A stretch of DNA of 64,000 nt from Bacillales bacterium UBA1709 (GCA_002317215.1 DCJD01000012.1:6579-70578); one strand, 5' to 3'. Shown: positions 18,216 to 27,085, counted from the stretch's first letter. Numbers and translations are program-made. The notes: generated from the letters alone by a model not told the origin.

Positions 18216-20631
18216 GAAATTTGAAAATATATTAGAAAATAGTGATACTAATGAGTCTAATTCTAGAATAAATATTGAAAAAGGTTTATCTGATTCACAA
18301 GTTTTAGAAAGAAAAGAAAAAGGATTAGTTAATATAACTAAAAATAATAATATTAAAACCAATAAAGAAATAATTAGTGAGAATATTTTTACAATCTTTA
18401 ACTTACTTAATGTTTTGATCGCAATTGCCTTAATCATTGCTGGTTCATTTAAAAATCTTTTATTTATGCCAATCATAATTGCCAATACTATTATTGGGAT
18501 TATCCAAGAATTAAAAGCTAAGAAAACAATCGAAGAGTTATCACTAGTTGAAGCACCATTAGTTAGTGTTTTAAGAAATGGGAAAATAGTTAAAATACCT
18601 AGTGAAGAAGTTGTATTAGATGATATTTGCTATTATCAAGCTGGTGAACAAATAGTTGCGGATGCTATTGTTAAAAAAGGACAAATTGAAGCAAATGAAT
18701 CATTATTAACTGGTGAATCAGATAATATAGTTAAAAAACAAAACGCTTTGCTATATAGTGGATCTGCTGTTGTTAGTGGAGAATGTTTTTGCAAAGTTGA
18801 AAGGGTAGGAAAAGATAATTATATTAATCAATTAGCAAGTTCGGTTAAGAAATTATCAAAACCAAAATCAGAAATATTAAATGCTTTAAATCTATTAATT
18901 ACACTATTAACTATAACGGTTGTTGTTTTAGGTTCGGCTTTATTTATTAATAACTATTTAGTTGCAACTAATAAAGACTGGCGACTATCAATAATTTATA
19001 CTGCTGGATCTATGATTGGAATGATTCCAAGTGGTTTATATCTAATGACTAGTGTTTCTTTAGCAGCTGGTGTATTAAGAATTGCAAAACATAGAACATT
19101 ATGCCAAGAATTATACTGTATTGAAATGTTAGCTCGTGTAGATACTTTATGTTTGGATAAAACCGGTACATTAACTGATGGAACTATGAAAGTTAAGGAA
19201 GTTATTGAACTTGATAAAAGTATTGATATTAAAGATGTTATTTCTAATATACTTGGTAATGTTAATGGGAATAATGCAACTTTTGTTGCTCTTGATAAAA
19301 GATTTGGACATAGTAAAACTTATGATGCTAAATTAATAATTCCTTTCTCTTCTACTAGGAAATATATGGCGTATTATAATGATTCAACTAACGAATCATT
19401 TATTATCGGTGCTCCTGAATTTGTTATGAAAAAAGGATATAGTGGTAGCAATATCGAAAAGATGGTTGATAAATATGCCAAACTTGGTTTTAGAGTATTA
19501 CTTGTTGCATCTAGTAAAGAAAAACCTGTTGGAGAGACATATTTCTTCAATACCATTAAATCTATTGGTCTTGTTGTTATTGAAGATGTTATTAGAAGAA
19601 GTGCTACTGAGACAATTAAATATTTTAAAGATAGTAATGTTGATATAAAAATAATAAGCGGTGATAATCCTTTAACTGTATCTAAAATTGCTGAAAGAGT
19701 TGGAGTAAATAACGCTAATAAATATGTCTCATTATCTGGACTTAGTGATGAAGAAGTAATTGAAGCAGTTAAGAAATATACCGTATTTGGTAGAGTTAAT
19801 CCAAAACAAAAACAACTAATTATTAAAACATTAAAAGAAAAAGGAAAAACAGTTGCAATGACTGGAGATGGTGTTAATGATATTCTTGCTTTAAAGGAAG
19901 CAGATTGTTCTATCGCAATGGCTAATGGATCAAGTGCTGCTAGAAACATAAGTCAATTAGTATTATTAGATTCTAATTTTGCATCTATGCCTAGTGTCGT
20001 ATTAGAAGGAAGAAGAGTTATTAATAACATAAAAAGAGTTGCTACAATGTATCTAACTAAAACTTTATTCTCAATTATGTTAACTATTGTTTGTTTACTA
20101 TCAAAAGAAGTATATCCAATTCAAACAGTCCAATTAACTTTAATGGATTGGTTTATTGTAACTATTCCTTCTTTATATTTAGCATTAGAACCAAATAATA
20201 CTCAAATAAAAGGAAAATTCTTAAAAGATATCTTACTTGATGCATTGCCTGGAGCTTTATTAATCGTATTTAACTATTTATTTATTATATGTATGACTAA
20301 TTTCTATATTAAAGGGTTAAGTCATGAAGTAATTAGTAGTATTACTGTTTTATCGATTAATGCTGTTGGTTTTATGGTTTTACAAAGAGCATGTAAACCA
20401 TTTAACAACATGCGTTTTGTAGTATATTGTGTAATGCTATTACTATGGATTATTAGTTACATAGTAGTAGGCAATGTCTTTGAACTATATTCCTTTAATA
20501 AGCTTGGTATTACTGCAACTTTATTATTAATTGTTATAGTTTTATATTCTATTGAGTTATATAAAGGAATATTCAAATTTAAAAACTTTTTAAAAGAAGT
20601 AAAGTGGCCAAAGATATTTAAACAATCTTAA
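18205..20631 (+). CDS. Cation-transporting P-type ATPase (P2-type, Ca/Mg-like)
   Basis: DKTGTLT phosphorylation motif, GDGVND hinge, and 808 aa with 8-10 TM helices. Confidence 0.8.
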   Translation: MASKKFENILENSDTNESNSRINIEKGLSDSQVLERKEKGLVNITKNNNIKTNKEIISENIFTIFNLLNVLIAIALIIAGSFKNLLFMPIIIANTIIGIIQELKAKKTIEELSLVEAPLVSVLRNGKIVKIPSEEVVLDDICYYQAGEQIVADAIVKKGQIEANESLLTGESDNIVKKQNALLYSGSAVVSGECFCKVERVGKDNYINQLASSVKKLSKPKSEILNALNLLITLLTITVVVLGSALFINNYLVATNKDWRLSIIYTAGSMIGMIPSGLYLMTSVSLAAGVLRIAKHRTLCQELYCIEMLARVDTLCLDKTGTLTDGTMKVKEVIELDKSIDIKDVISNILGNVNGNNATFVALDKRFGHSKTYDAKLIIPFSSTRKYMAYYNDSTNESFIIGAPEFVMKKGYSGSNIEKMVDKYAKLGFRVLLVASSKEKPVGETYFFNTIKSIGLVVIEDVIRRSATETIKYFKDSNVDIKIISGDNPLTVSKIAERVGVNNANKYVSLSGLSDEEVIEAVKKYTVFGRVNPKQKQLIIKTLKEKGKTVAMTGDGVNDILALKEADCSIAMANGSSAARNISQLVLLDSNFASMPSVVLEGRRVINNIKRVATMYLTKTLFSIMLTIVCLLSKEVYPIQTVQLTLMDWFIVTIPSLYLALEPNNTQIKGKFLKDILLDALPGALLIVFNYLFIICMTNFYIKGLSHEVISSITVLSINAVGFMVLQRACKPFNNMRFVVYCVMLLLWIISYIVVGNVFELYSFNKLGITATLLLIVIVLYSIELYKGIFKFKNFLKEVKWPKIFKQS

Positions 20632-20676
20632 TTATTTAATTGAAATTTAGGCGCGTTTGGTATATATTATTTATAC

Positions 20677-20753
20677 GCGCCTATAGCTCAGCTGGATAGA
20701 GCAACTGCCTTCTAAGCCGTAGGTCGGGGGTTCGAATCCCTCTGGGCGCGCCA
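20677..20753 (+). tRNA. tRNA-Arg (anticodon UCU)
   Basis: Hand-folded cloverleaf. The acceptor stem is gcgccta/tgggcgc with CCA encoded. The D-arm is gctc/gagc and the T-loop is ttcgaat. The anticodon loop is cttctaa. The anticodon stem actgc/gccgt shows one T-C mismatch in my reading. Confidence 0.8.
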
Positions 20754-20763
20754 AATGTATACG

Positions 20764-20797
20764 ACAGGTTTGATACAGTATCAGACCTGTTTTTTTG
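20764..20797 (+). terminator. Rho-independent terminator after the tRNA
   Basis: Hairpin acaggtttgata-cag-tatcagacctgt, followed by T7. Confidence 0.7.
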
Positions 20798-20821
20798 TTT
20801 TTTGTAATAAATAAAGGATTT

Positions 20822-20938
20822 TTAGGCGTTTTTTGAATATCTGACCCTAGTGAAGGAAGCGACAGGATTACCGGTTCTGGTTTTTCTGAGTTCTGTGTCT
20901 CTTGTGAGACGACCGATGATAACAACTCGGTTAATCAT
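20822..20938 (-). pseudogene. ssb: Truncated single-stranded DNA-binding protein gene (ssb N-terminal 38 codons)
   Basis: Minus-strand translation gives MINRVVIIGRLTRDTELRKTRTGNPVASFTRVRYSKNA*. This is the canonical SSB OB-fold N-terminus (compare [20 protein letters not shown]...), cut off after 38 aa. ATG is at 20938-20936 and the stop at 20824-20822. Confidence 0.65.
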
Positions 20939-21081
20939 CTAATTGTCCTGCTTTATTAGTCAAGTACGACGATCAAATGTAATTATCCTTTTTTATTACC
21001 AATCATATCCGCAAGAATTTCTCCAATACAAAAATTATAGTCATTCATCCACTTATATATTTATATCTAAGAACAATTATT

Positions 21082-21531
21082 TTATTTTATACTATTTAAG
21101 CCATCGTAAAGTTCATTAAAACTTTTCATTGCTTTGCATCTACCAAATGCTAAATCTTTATCATTCCCAAATTCAAGCAAGAAGCACTTTGCAAGTTCTT
21201 CAACTGTAATCTCTAGATTCTCAAAGAACTGATTATAAACTAGATTCCAGCCATTACTACCTTCTTCAAAATTAGAATTAATCAATGATTCACAAACCTG
21301 ATCTAAAGGATACATTTTTATATGCATTAGTTCATGAACTAATACCTCCTCTAGATTATCAGTTGAACCTGCAGTGTTAATAATTATTATTGCTTTTTTA
21401 TCTGTAGGATCAATTTTAAAATCTCCTGTTTTATTAAGTTCTGAATCATTTACTATCTCAAGCTTTATATCCCAAAATGGTACAATCCTTAATTTTTTAA
21501 CCCAATAGACAAATCTCTCTTCAATATCCAT
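21082..21531 (-). CDS. Small HExxH protein (putative zinc metallopeptidase)
   Basis: VLVHELMHIKMY motif. The likely ATG is at 21531 with a ggggtg SD upstream. The ORF-track start at 21540 is a GTG. No further family assignment is possible from the sequence. Confidence 0.4.
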   Translation of the reverse strand: MDIEERFVYWVKKLRIVPFWDIKLEIVNDSELNKTGDFKIDPTDKKAIIIINTAGSTDNLEEVLVHELMHIKMYPLDQVCESLINSNFEEGSNGWNLVYNQFFENLEITVEELAKCFLLEFGNDKDLAFGRCKAMKSFNELYDGLNSIK

Positions 21532-21731
21532 AAATAACACCCCAAATAATCATTATTACACTATACCACATAAAAAGACCACATCTGATGTTAGGTATAA
21601 TTTTATTTGTTATTTATTCTCTTGCCTATTTGATAACTAATTATTTTATAGCTGCTGACTGTGATAATTTTATAAAGTCAGAGAGGGTGCTAAATTGTAT
21701 CAATATTGACCGATGTTGCCGAGATAAAATA

Positions 21732-21762
21732 ACAGGTCTGATTTAATGTCAGACCTGTTTTT
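21732..21762. terminator. Bidirectional terminator hairpin
   Basis: acaggtctga-tttaatg-tcagacctgt followed by a T-run. The stem arms are identical to those of the terminator at 20764-20797. Confidence 0.55.
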
Positions 21763-21767
21763 ATTAT

Positions 21768-22199
21768 CTAATCTATTTTAGTGTATATATTTGTGGCCAA
21801 ATCTGCACATTTAATAAAACCACATTTCTCATATAATCGCTGGGCTTTTAAATTTATTAGATAGGTATATAGATTAATTCTTGAAAAATTATTTTTATTG
21901 GAATATCTGAAAATAGCATCTTTTAATAACATTGTTCCATAACCTTGATTTTGATATTTTGGATTAATTGCAAAATATTCAAGTAAAGAATTTTCAAAGA
22001 ATGCATACCCTACTAATTGGTTATTTTTCCAGTATGAGTAGAATTCTTTATTAGTCATATCTTTAAATATATTTGATAAAAATCTAACCATTGAATCAGT
22101 TGATGTTACTTTTTCGTTAGCTCTTATGTCTTGTTCTTTAAAGGCTGAATTTTGAATTTCTGCAATTGTAGTAAGCATTGTTTCACCATAGTTTTTCAC
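21768..22199 (-). CDS. GNAT-family N-acetyltransferase; possibly the C-terminal domain of a longer protein (see findings)
   Basis: Acetyl-CoA motif QNQGYGTMLL. The ORF-track start is GTG 22199, and an ATG at 22181 is preceded by a ggtga SD. The same frame stays open upstream to 22628 with no ATG, GTG or TTG. Confidence 0.7.
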   Translation of the reverse strand: MKNYGETMLTTIAEIQNSAFKEQDIRANEKVTSTDSMVRFLSNIFKDMTNKEFYSYWKNNQLVGYAFFENSLLEYFAINPKYQNQGYGTMLLKDAIFRYSNKNNFSRINLYTYLINLKAQRLYEKCGFIKCADLATNIYTKID

Positions 22200-22746
22200 T
22201 GAAATATCTAAATCTATATCAGATCTTTCTGGTGACTTTAAGATCTCGTATTCCAGTCCATAATGTGGTTTCTTAAAATTATTTTTAAATAAAAACTGAT
22301 TTAAATATATTTGTTTTTGATCATGGTTAACACAAAGCCTTTGATCTTTTTCTAATAATTTAATAGATTCTTTAATTCTATTTTCTAGATATATTGCAAT
22401 TTCATAGTCCCTAATAATATCATCAAAAGAAAAGACTATAGATAAACCCTTATCGTCTTTCTCTAATATATAGATGCCATTATCAAAGATTTTATATTCA
22501 ATAACATTATCTTCCTTTAAACATTGGTCAAGAAAATCAATCTCAGATGAATTAACTCTTTTGAGATTATCTTTTAATGTTTTTAAATCTTGTTCATTAA
22601 TTGTTTGTATATTTTTTCCTTCTACATATTAATAAATATACCTTTGTTTTTCAATATACTAAATACAATAAAGAATAACAGAATAAATAATAGAAATAAG
22701 CTTAACAAAATCTTTAAAAGCTTATTTAATTGCACTAAAACCAATT

Positions 22747-24048
22747 TTATATTAAATATAAAACAAATAATGCAATAGATATAGAAGGGATGCCAATTAT
22801 TAATCCATATTTAGTAAAATCTTTAAATGATATTTTTATATCATATTTACTAGTTAGATTAATAAACATCAATCCGGCAAGAGCGCCTAATGGAGTAATA
22901 TATGCTGCTATATTACTAGCGATAATAGAAGCATATATAAACTTAATATTAGACATATCTAATATATAACTATATAATACTGCCATTGGAATATTATTAA
23001 TTAAATTAGCAACTATTAAACCACTATATCCATATATAAATATATTACTATTAGATAGATAGCTTCTAATTAAACTAGTAAATCCAATATTATTTAAACA
23101 TATAACAATAACAAACATTGATAGTATAAATGGGATTAGATTATAGGGTAATCTTTTAATTGTATTTAATGTTATTGAGTTCTTTTTTATAAATGAATAA
23201 ATAGAAATTATTAATAATTCTATTAATGATCCAAGTAAGGCGATTAGATACATTTCAATATCAAATATATAATTTGATATAGAGAGAATAAGAGTCGTTG
23301 ATAATAGAATAGATAAGCCAATAATTAGCAAGAACTTATTAGGTTTATCGATTTTTTCGATATCAATGTTAAGAGGTTTGGATAAATCCTTTTTAAATAA
23401 TGCATACATAATCAATATACTAATTAAACTAGATGAGATGGTTGGTAAAATCATTACTAGTAAATAATTAATAAATGTTATATTAAAACTGCTAGCTAAA
23501 TATATGTTGGTTGGGTTGCCAATTATTAATGCCATTGACATAGTATTTGCACTTATAAATTCCATTATTAGATAAGGAATAGGATTAATTTTAGATTCTT
23601 TAGTTAGATAACATATAAAAGGTGTAAAAGTAAGGATTATTATGTCGTTACTTGTAAATAATGTTAATAAGGATATTAAAGCATATAAACCAAAAAATAA
23701 TTTATATTGATTCGATTTTAATTTAATAGATATTCTATATACTACATATTTAAAAAAGCCAATCTCATCTAAAAAGATGGATAAAAATGTCATTGAAAAA
23801 AATAATATTAATACTTTTAAAGGATTAATAGAATTAGATGAAGTTAGATTATTATATATATTACTAATAGATATATTACCTAATATTATTAATAATAATG
23901 CTCCAATAAAAGGAATTAACCAGAATGAACTAATTTGTAGTTTAGGAGTCAATCTAATTAATGGTTTAAATATATTAAAAATAACTAATAGCAATAATGT
24001 TATTAGAATTATTGATAAAGAAGATACAGTAATAAAATTTATTTCCAT
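22747..24048 (-). CDS. Polytopic permease, ArsB/NhaD (ion transporter superfamily)-like
   Basis: 433 aa with about 12 TM helices and a GNPTNI motif. The family call is tentative. Confidence 0.45.
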   Translation of the reverse strand: MEINFITVSSLSIILITLLLLVIFNIFKPLIRLTPKLQISSFWLIPFIGALLLIILGNISISNIYNNLTSSNSINPLKVLILFFSMTFLSIFLDEIGFFKYVVYRISIKLKSNQYKLFFGLYALISLLTLFTSNDIIILTFTPFICYLTKESKINPIPYLIMEFISANTMSMALIIGNPTNIYLASSFNITFINYLLVMILPTISSSLISILIMYALFKKDLSKPLNIDIEKIDKPNKFLLIIGLSILLSTTLILSISNYIFDIEMYLIALLGSLIELLIISIYSFIKKNSITLNTIKRLPYNLIPFILSMFVIVICLNNIGFTSLIRSYLSNSNIFIYGYSGLIVANLINNIPMAVLYSYILDMSNIKFIYASIIASNIAAYITPLGALAGLMFINLTSKYDIKISFKDFTKYGLIIGIPSISIALFVLYLI

Positions 24049-24139
24049 AAAACCTTATTTATTTTAGTAAAGTTAAGAATAAAAGTAAATCAATAGATTT
24101 ATAGATATTTTCTATTATAATAAATAAGGGTGAATAAAT

Positions 24140-24991
24140 ATGAGTATGAATAAAAAATTACACTTTACAATGTATTTCTATTTATTAAGTACAGCTATTA
24201 GAGATACTATTGAATATTGTCTAACTGATAAGGATAAATTTGATGTTGATTCATATAACGTTAGAAAAACAGTTATTAATAATGCTTTAGTTGAGAATTC
24301 TCAATTCTTTAATTTCTGCAAAAATAATGGCGAAGTTGGCGAAAAGATAATGAAACAAATTAGCGATTTAAAGGATTTAGTTTATGGAAATGAACCTAAA
24401 TTTATCCGTATTAATAAGGATAATTTAGAAATTGATCATTCTTTAAACAATAAAGTATTAGATTTGATTTGTCCTTTACACTTTTCTTGCCGCAATATGA
24501 CTATTGCACATTATAAAGGTTTAGATGATGAAGATAAGAGTTTAGAATATGAACAATTAATCATGTTAGAATCAAAATACTTTGTTTTGATTTCAGAACT
24601 TGTTTTAGGAAAACTAATCTTTATTGATCGTTTTAATGCATTTAATGAATCAATGAAGAATAATAAAGGTCAAGAAAACGTTGAATCAAACTTCATTGTT
24701 AGTGAAATGACTAAACTTGCTGGAATCCATAACTGGATTAGAGATAATGAAGCAAAAGAAGTTAAAGAATATGAAGCTACTGAAGTATTCTTTACGCATG
24801 GATTTAAAGTTAGCAGTGGAGAAATGAAACCAGCTGAAGGAAAAACAATCTTTACAGAATTATTAGATGATGTAAGACAAATTGGTATGACTTTATCTCC
24901 AATCGAAGTTGAATATCATAATCTTCATAATAAACTTTGGAAAGAATTAACTGATTACGAAGAAGAATTAAAGAAAGCTAAACATAATTAA
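24140..24991 (+). CDS. Hypothetical cytoplasmic protein (283 aa), upstream gene of a coupled pair
   Basis: No motif recognised. Its stop overlaps the next start (TAATG). Confidence 0.5.
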   Translation: MSMNKKLHFTMYFYLLSTAIRDTIEYCLTDKDKFDVDSYNVRKTVINNALVENSQFFNFCKNNGEVGEKIMKQISDLKDLVYGNEPKFIRINKDNLEIDHSLNNKVLDLICPLHFSCRNMTIAHYKGLDDEDKSLEYEQLIMLESKYFVLISELVLGKLIFIDRFNAFNESMKNNKGQENVESNFIVSEMTKLAGIHNWIRDNEAKEVKEYEATEVFFTHGFKVSSGEMKPAEGKTIFTELLDDVRQIGMTLSPIEVEYHNLHNKLWKELTDYEEELKKAKHN

Positions 24992-25431
24992 TGAAACAAA
25001 TTAAAACTAGCATTAATAAGAAAACTAAAACAAGATTATCAATATTAGAATTTATCTTATTTTTAATATTTATATTTTTTATAACTTTGGGAGCTATTAA
25101 TTTTACTCCATTATATACTTTAATAGGTTTTATATTTGGTTTAATATTTATGCTACAAGTTCCACTATTTTTTGATTTCAACAAAACTATTATTCTAAAT
25201 AGTGATGGGATATTTATATATTCTAATCTAAAACTAAAGAAAGATTATAAATATAGCAAGATTAAAAAAGGATATACCACTAGATATCTAAAAGAAGAGT
25301 TTCTTATTTTAGATAATTCTAAGAACGGTATTTTAATTCCTTTATCTAATTTATCTAAAGAAGATAAACATTATTTAAGAGATTTACTTAATAAAATAGA
25401 AATCAAAGATCGTAAAAACTTTCTTCATTAA
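24991..25431 (+). CDS. Small membrane protein (146 aa; two adjacent TM helices and a basic cytoplasmic tail)
   Basis: Hydrophobic segment LSILEFILFLIFIFFITLGAINFTPLYTLIGFIFGLIFML. It is translationally coupled to the upstream gene. Confidence 0.5.
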   Translation: MKQIKTSINKKTKTRLSILEFILFLIFIFFITLGAINFTPLYTLIGFIFGLIFMLQVPLFFDFNKTIILNSDGIFIYSNLKLKKDYKYSKIKKGYTTRYLKEEFLILDNSKNGILIPLSNLSKEDKHYLRDLLNKIEIKDRKNFLH

Positions 25432-25454
25432 TCCTAAAATTTGGACATTTAAAA

Positions 25455-25481
25455 TAGCAGCAAATAATGCTGCTATTTTTA
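25455..25481 (+). terminator. Terminator after the two-gene cassette
   Basis: agcagcaaataatgctgct hairpin followed by a T-run. A -10 element tataat lies directly downstream. Confidence 0.55.
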
Positions 25482-25497
25482 TGTTATAATTTTGAAG

Positions 25498-26766
25498 ATG
25501 GAAAAAGTTTATCTTTGTATTGATTTAAAGTCTTTTTATGCTTCTGTAGAATGTGTTGATAGAGGATTAGATTCAATGACAACTAATCTAGTTGTTGCAG
25601 ATCCTAGTAGAGGTAAAGGAACTATTTGCTTAGCGGTTTCTCCTGCATTAAAAGCATTAGGTGTAAGAAATAGATGTAGAGTATATGAGATACCTACATC
25701 TTTAAAATACATTATGGCTCCTCCTAGAATGAGTCGTTATATGGAGATGAGTTGCCTTATCTATAACATCTACTTAAAGTATATTAGTCAAGATGATATA
25801 CATGTTTATAGTATTGATGAATGTTTCCTAGATATAACAAATTATACTGATATGTATCAAAAAACTCCCATGGAACTAGCTAAAATGATTATAGATGATG
25901 TTTTTAATACAACAGGTATTGTGGCTACATGTGGTATTGGAACTAATCTATTCTTAGCTAAGATTGCTTTAGATATAACCGCGAAACATAGTCCAACTAG
26001 AATTGGGTATCTTGATGAAGAAAAGTTTAAAAAAGAACTTTGGGATCATAAACCAATCACGGATTTTTGGAATATTGCTAGTGGTATATCAACTAGATTG
26101 CTTAAATATAATGTTGATACATTAAGAGGGATTACTAAGTTAGATGAAGATTTATTGTATAAAGAATTTGGAATTAATGCTGAGTTATTAATTGATCATG
26201 CTTATGGCAAAGAAACCACAACTATTTATGATATTAAGCACTATACATCTAAATCAAATTCTTTATCTAAAGGACAAGTTTTATTTGAAGATTACAACTT
26301 TGAAAACGCCAAAATAATCCTAAAAGAAATGATTGATTCAATATGTTTAGATTTAGTTGAAAAACATTTAGTTGCAGGTTCAATAGGCCTTAGTATTGTT
26401 TATTCAAAAAGAGACAATTCTTCTATGTATGGATTAAGAAGTGGTGGTAGTAAAATACTTGGAGAAAGAACAAGAAGTAAGCCTAAATTAAAACAATATT
26501 TTCTTGATTTATATGAAAAATATATTGATAAAAATCAGTTAATTAGAGGTATAAATATTGGCCTTGGAGTATGCGATGAAGCATATAAAACAGTTGATTT
26601 ATTTGAGTCAAATAATGAATTAGAAAAAGAAGATACATTATCAAAAACTATCCTAAAAATCAAAGAAAAACATGGCAAGAATAGTATCTTAAAGGCATTA
26701 GATTTTAAGGATAAAGCAACTCAAAAAGATCGCAATAAATTTATTGGAGGACATAAGGGTGGATAG
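25498..26766 (+). CDS. Y-family (UmuC/UvrX/YqjW-like) translesion DNA polymerase
   Basis: The N-terminus LCIDLKSFYASVECV...LAVSPALKALGV matches the DinB/UmuC palm domain. The ATG lies only about 7 nt after the -10 box, so the transcript is probably leaderless or short-leader. The ORF-track start is a TTG. Confidence 0.8.
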   Translation: MEKVYLCIDLKSFYASVECVDRGLDSMTTNLVVADPSRGKGTICLAVSPALKALGVRNRCRVYEIPTSLKYIMAPPRMSRYMEMSCLIYNIYLKYISQDDIHVYSIDECFLDITNYTDMYQKTPMELAKMIIDDVFNTTGIVATCGIGTNLFLAKIALDITAKHSPTRIGYLDEEKFKKELWDHKPITDFWNIASGISTRLLKYNVDTLRGITKLDEDLLYKEFGINAELLIDHAYGKETTTIYDIKHYTSKSNSLSKGQVLFEDYNFENAKIILKEMIDSICLDLVEKHLVAGSIGLSIVYSKRDNSSMYGLRSGGSKILGERTRSKPKLKQYFLDLYEKYIDKNQLIRGINIGLGVCDEAYKTVDLFESNNELEKEDTLSKTILKIKEKHGKNSILKALDFKDKATQKDRNKFIGGHKGG

Positions 26767-26773
26767 AAATAAA

Positions 26774-27085
26774 ATGACCAATCAAGAAAGAGCAAAACAG
26801 TTTCTTCCTTTTGATGCTTTGGAAGGATATTTTGATATGGTTAATTTATCTACTTATGAGAAATGTGTTAGAAAATCTTTAGATGTTGATGAACAAGAAA
26901 GATTAGCAAAAATTCTATCCTCATTTCATAAAGCTGATATGGTTAGAATTACTTATTATGATATTGATCATTACAAAACAATAACTGGATTAATATCTAG
27001 AATAGATTATGACCATAACACCTTATCTATTGTTAAAACAAAAATATATGTTGAAGATATTATTAGTGCATACAAAGTAGAATAA
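26774..27085 (+). CDS. YolD-like protein (UmuD functional analogue partner of Y-family polymerases)
   Basis: About 104 aa. The N-terminal ERAKQFLPFDAL region resembles YolD-family proteins. SD aagggtgga lies upstream of ATG 26774. It sits immediately after the polymerase gene. Confidence 0.5.
   Translation: MTNQERAKQFLPFDALEGYFDMVNLSTYEKCVRKSLDVDEQERLAKILSSFHKADMVRITYYDIDHYKTITGLISRIDYDHNTLSIVKTKIYVEDIISAYKVE

Noticed and set aside
20671-20925. 84-aa minus-strand ORF
   Set aside because: It runs antisense across the tRNA-Arg gene and its terminator. Only its far 3' portion coincides, in a different frame, with the ssb remnant. No RBS is present. It is an artefact of the tRNA's GC-rich sequence.
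22590-22778. 62-aa plus-strand ORF in the GNAT-permease intergenic region
   Set aside because: It is extremely low complexity (I/N/F/L), spans a promoter region, and overlaps both the start of the extended GNAT frame and the permease 3' end. It is probably spurious.
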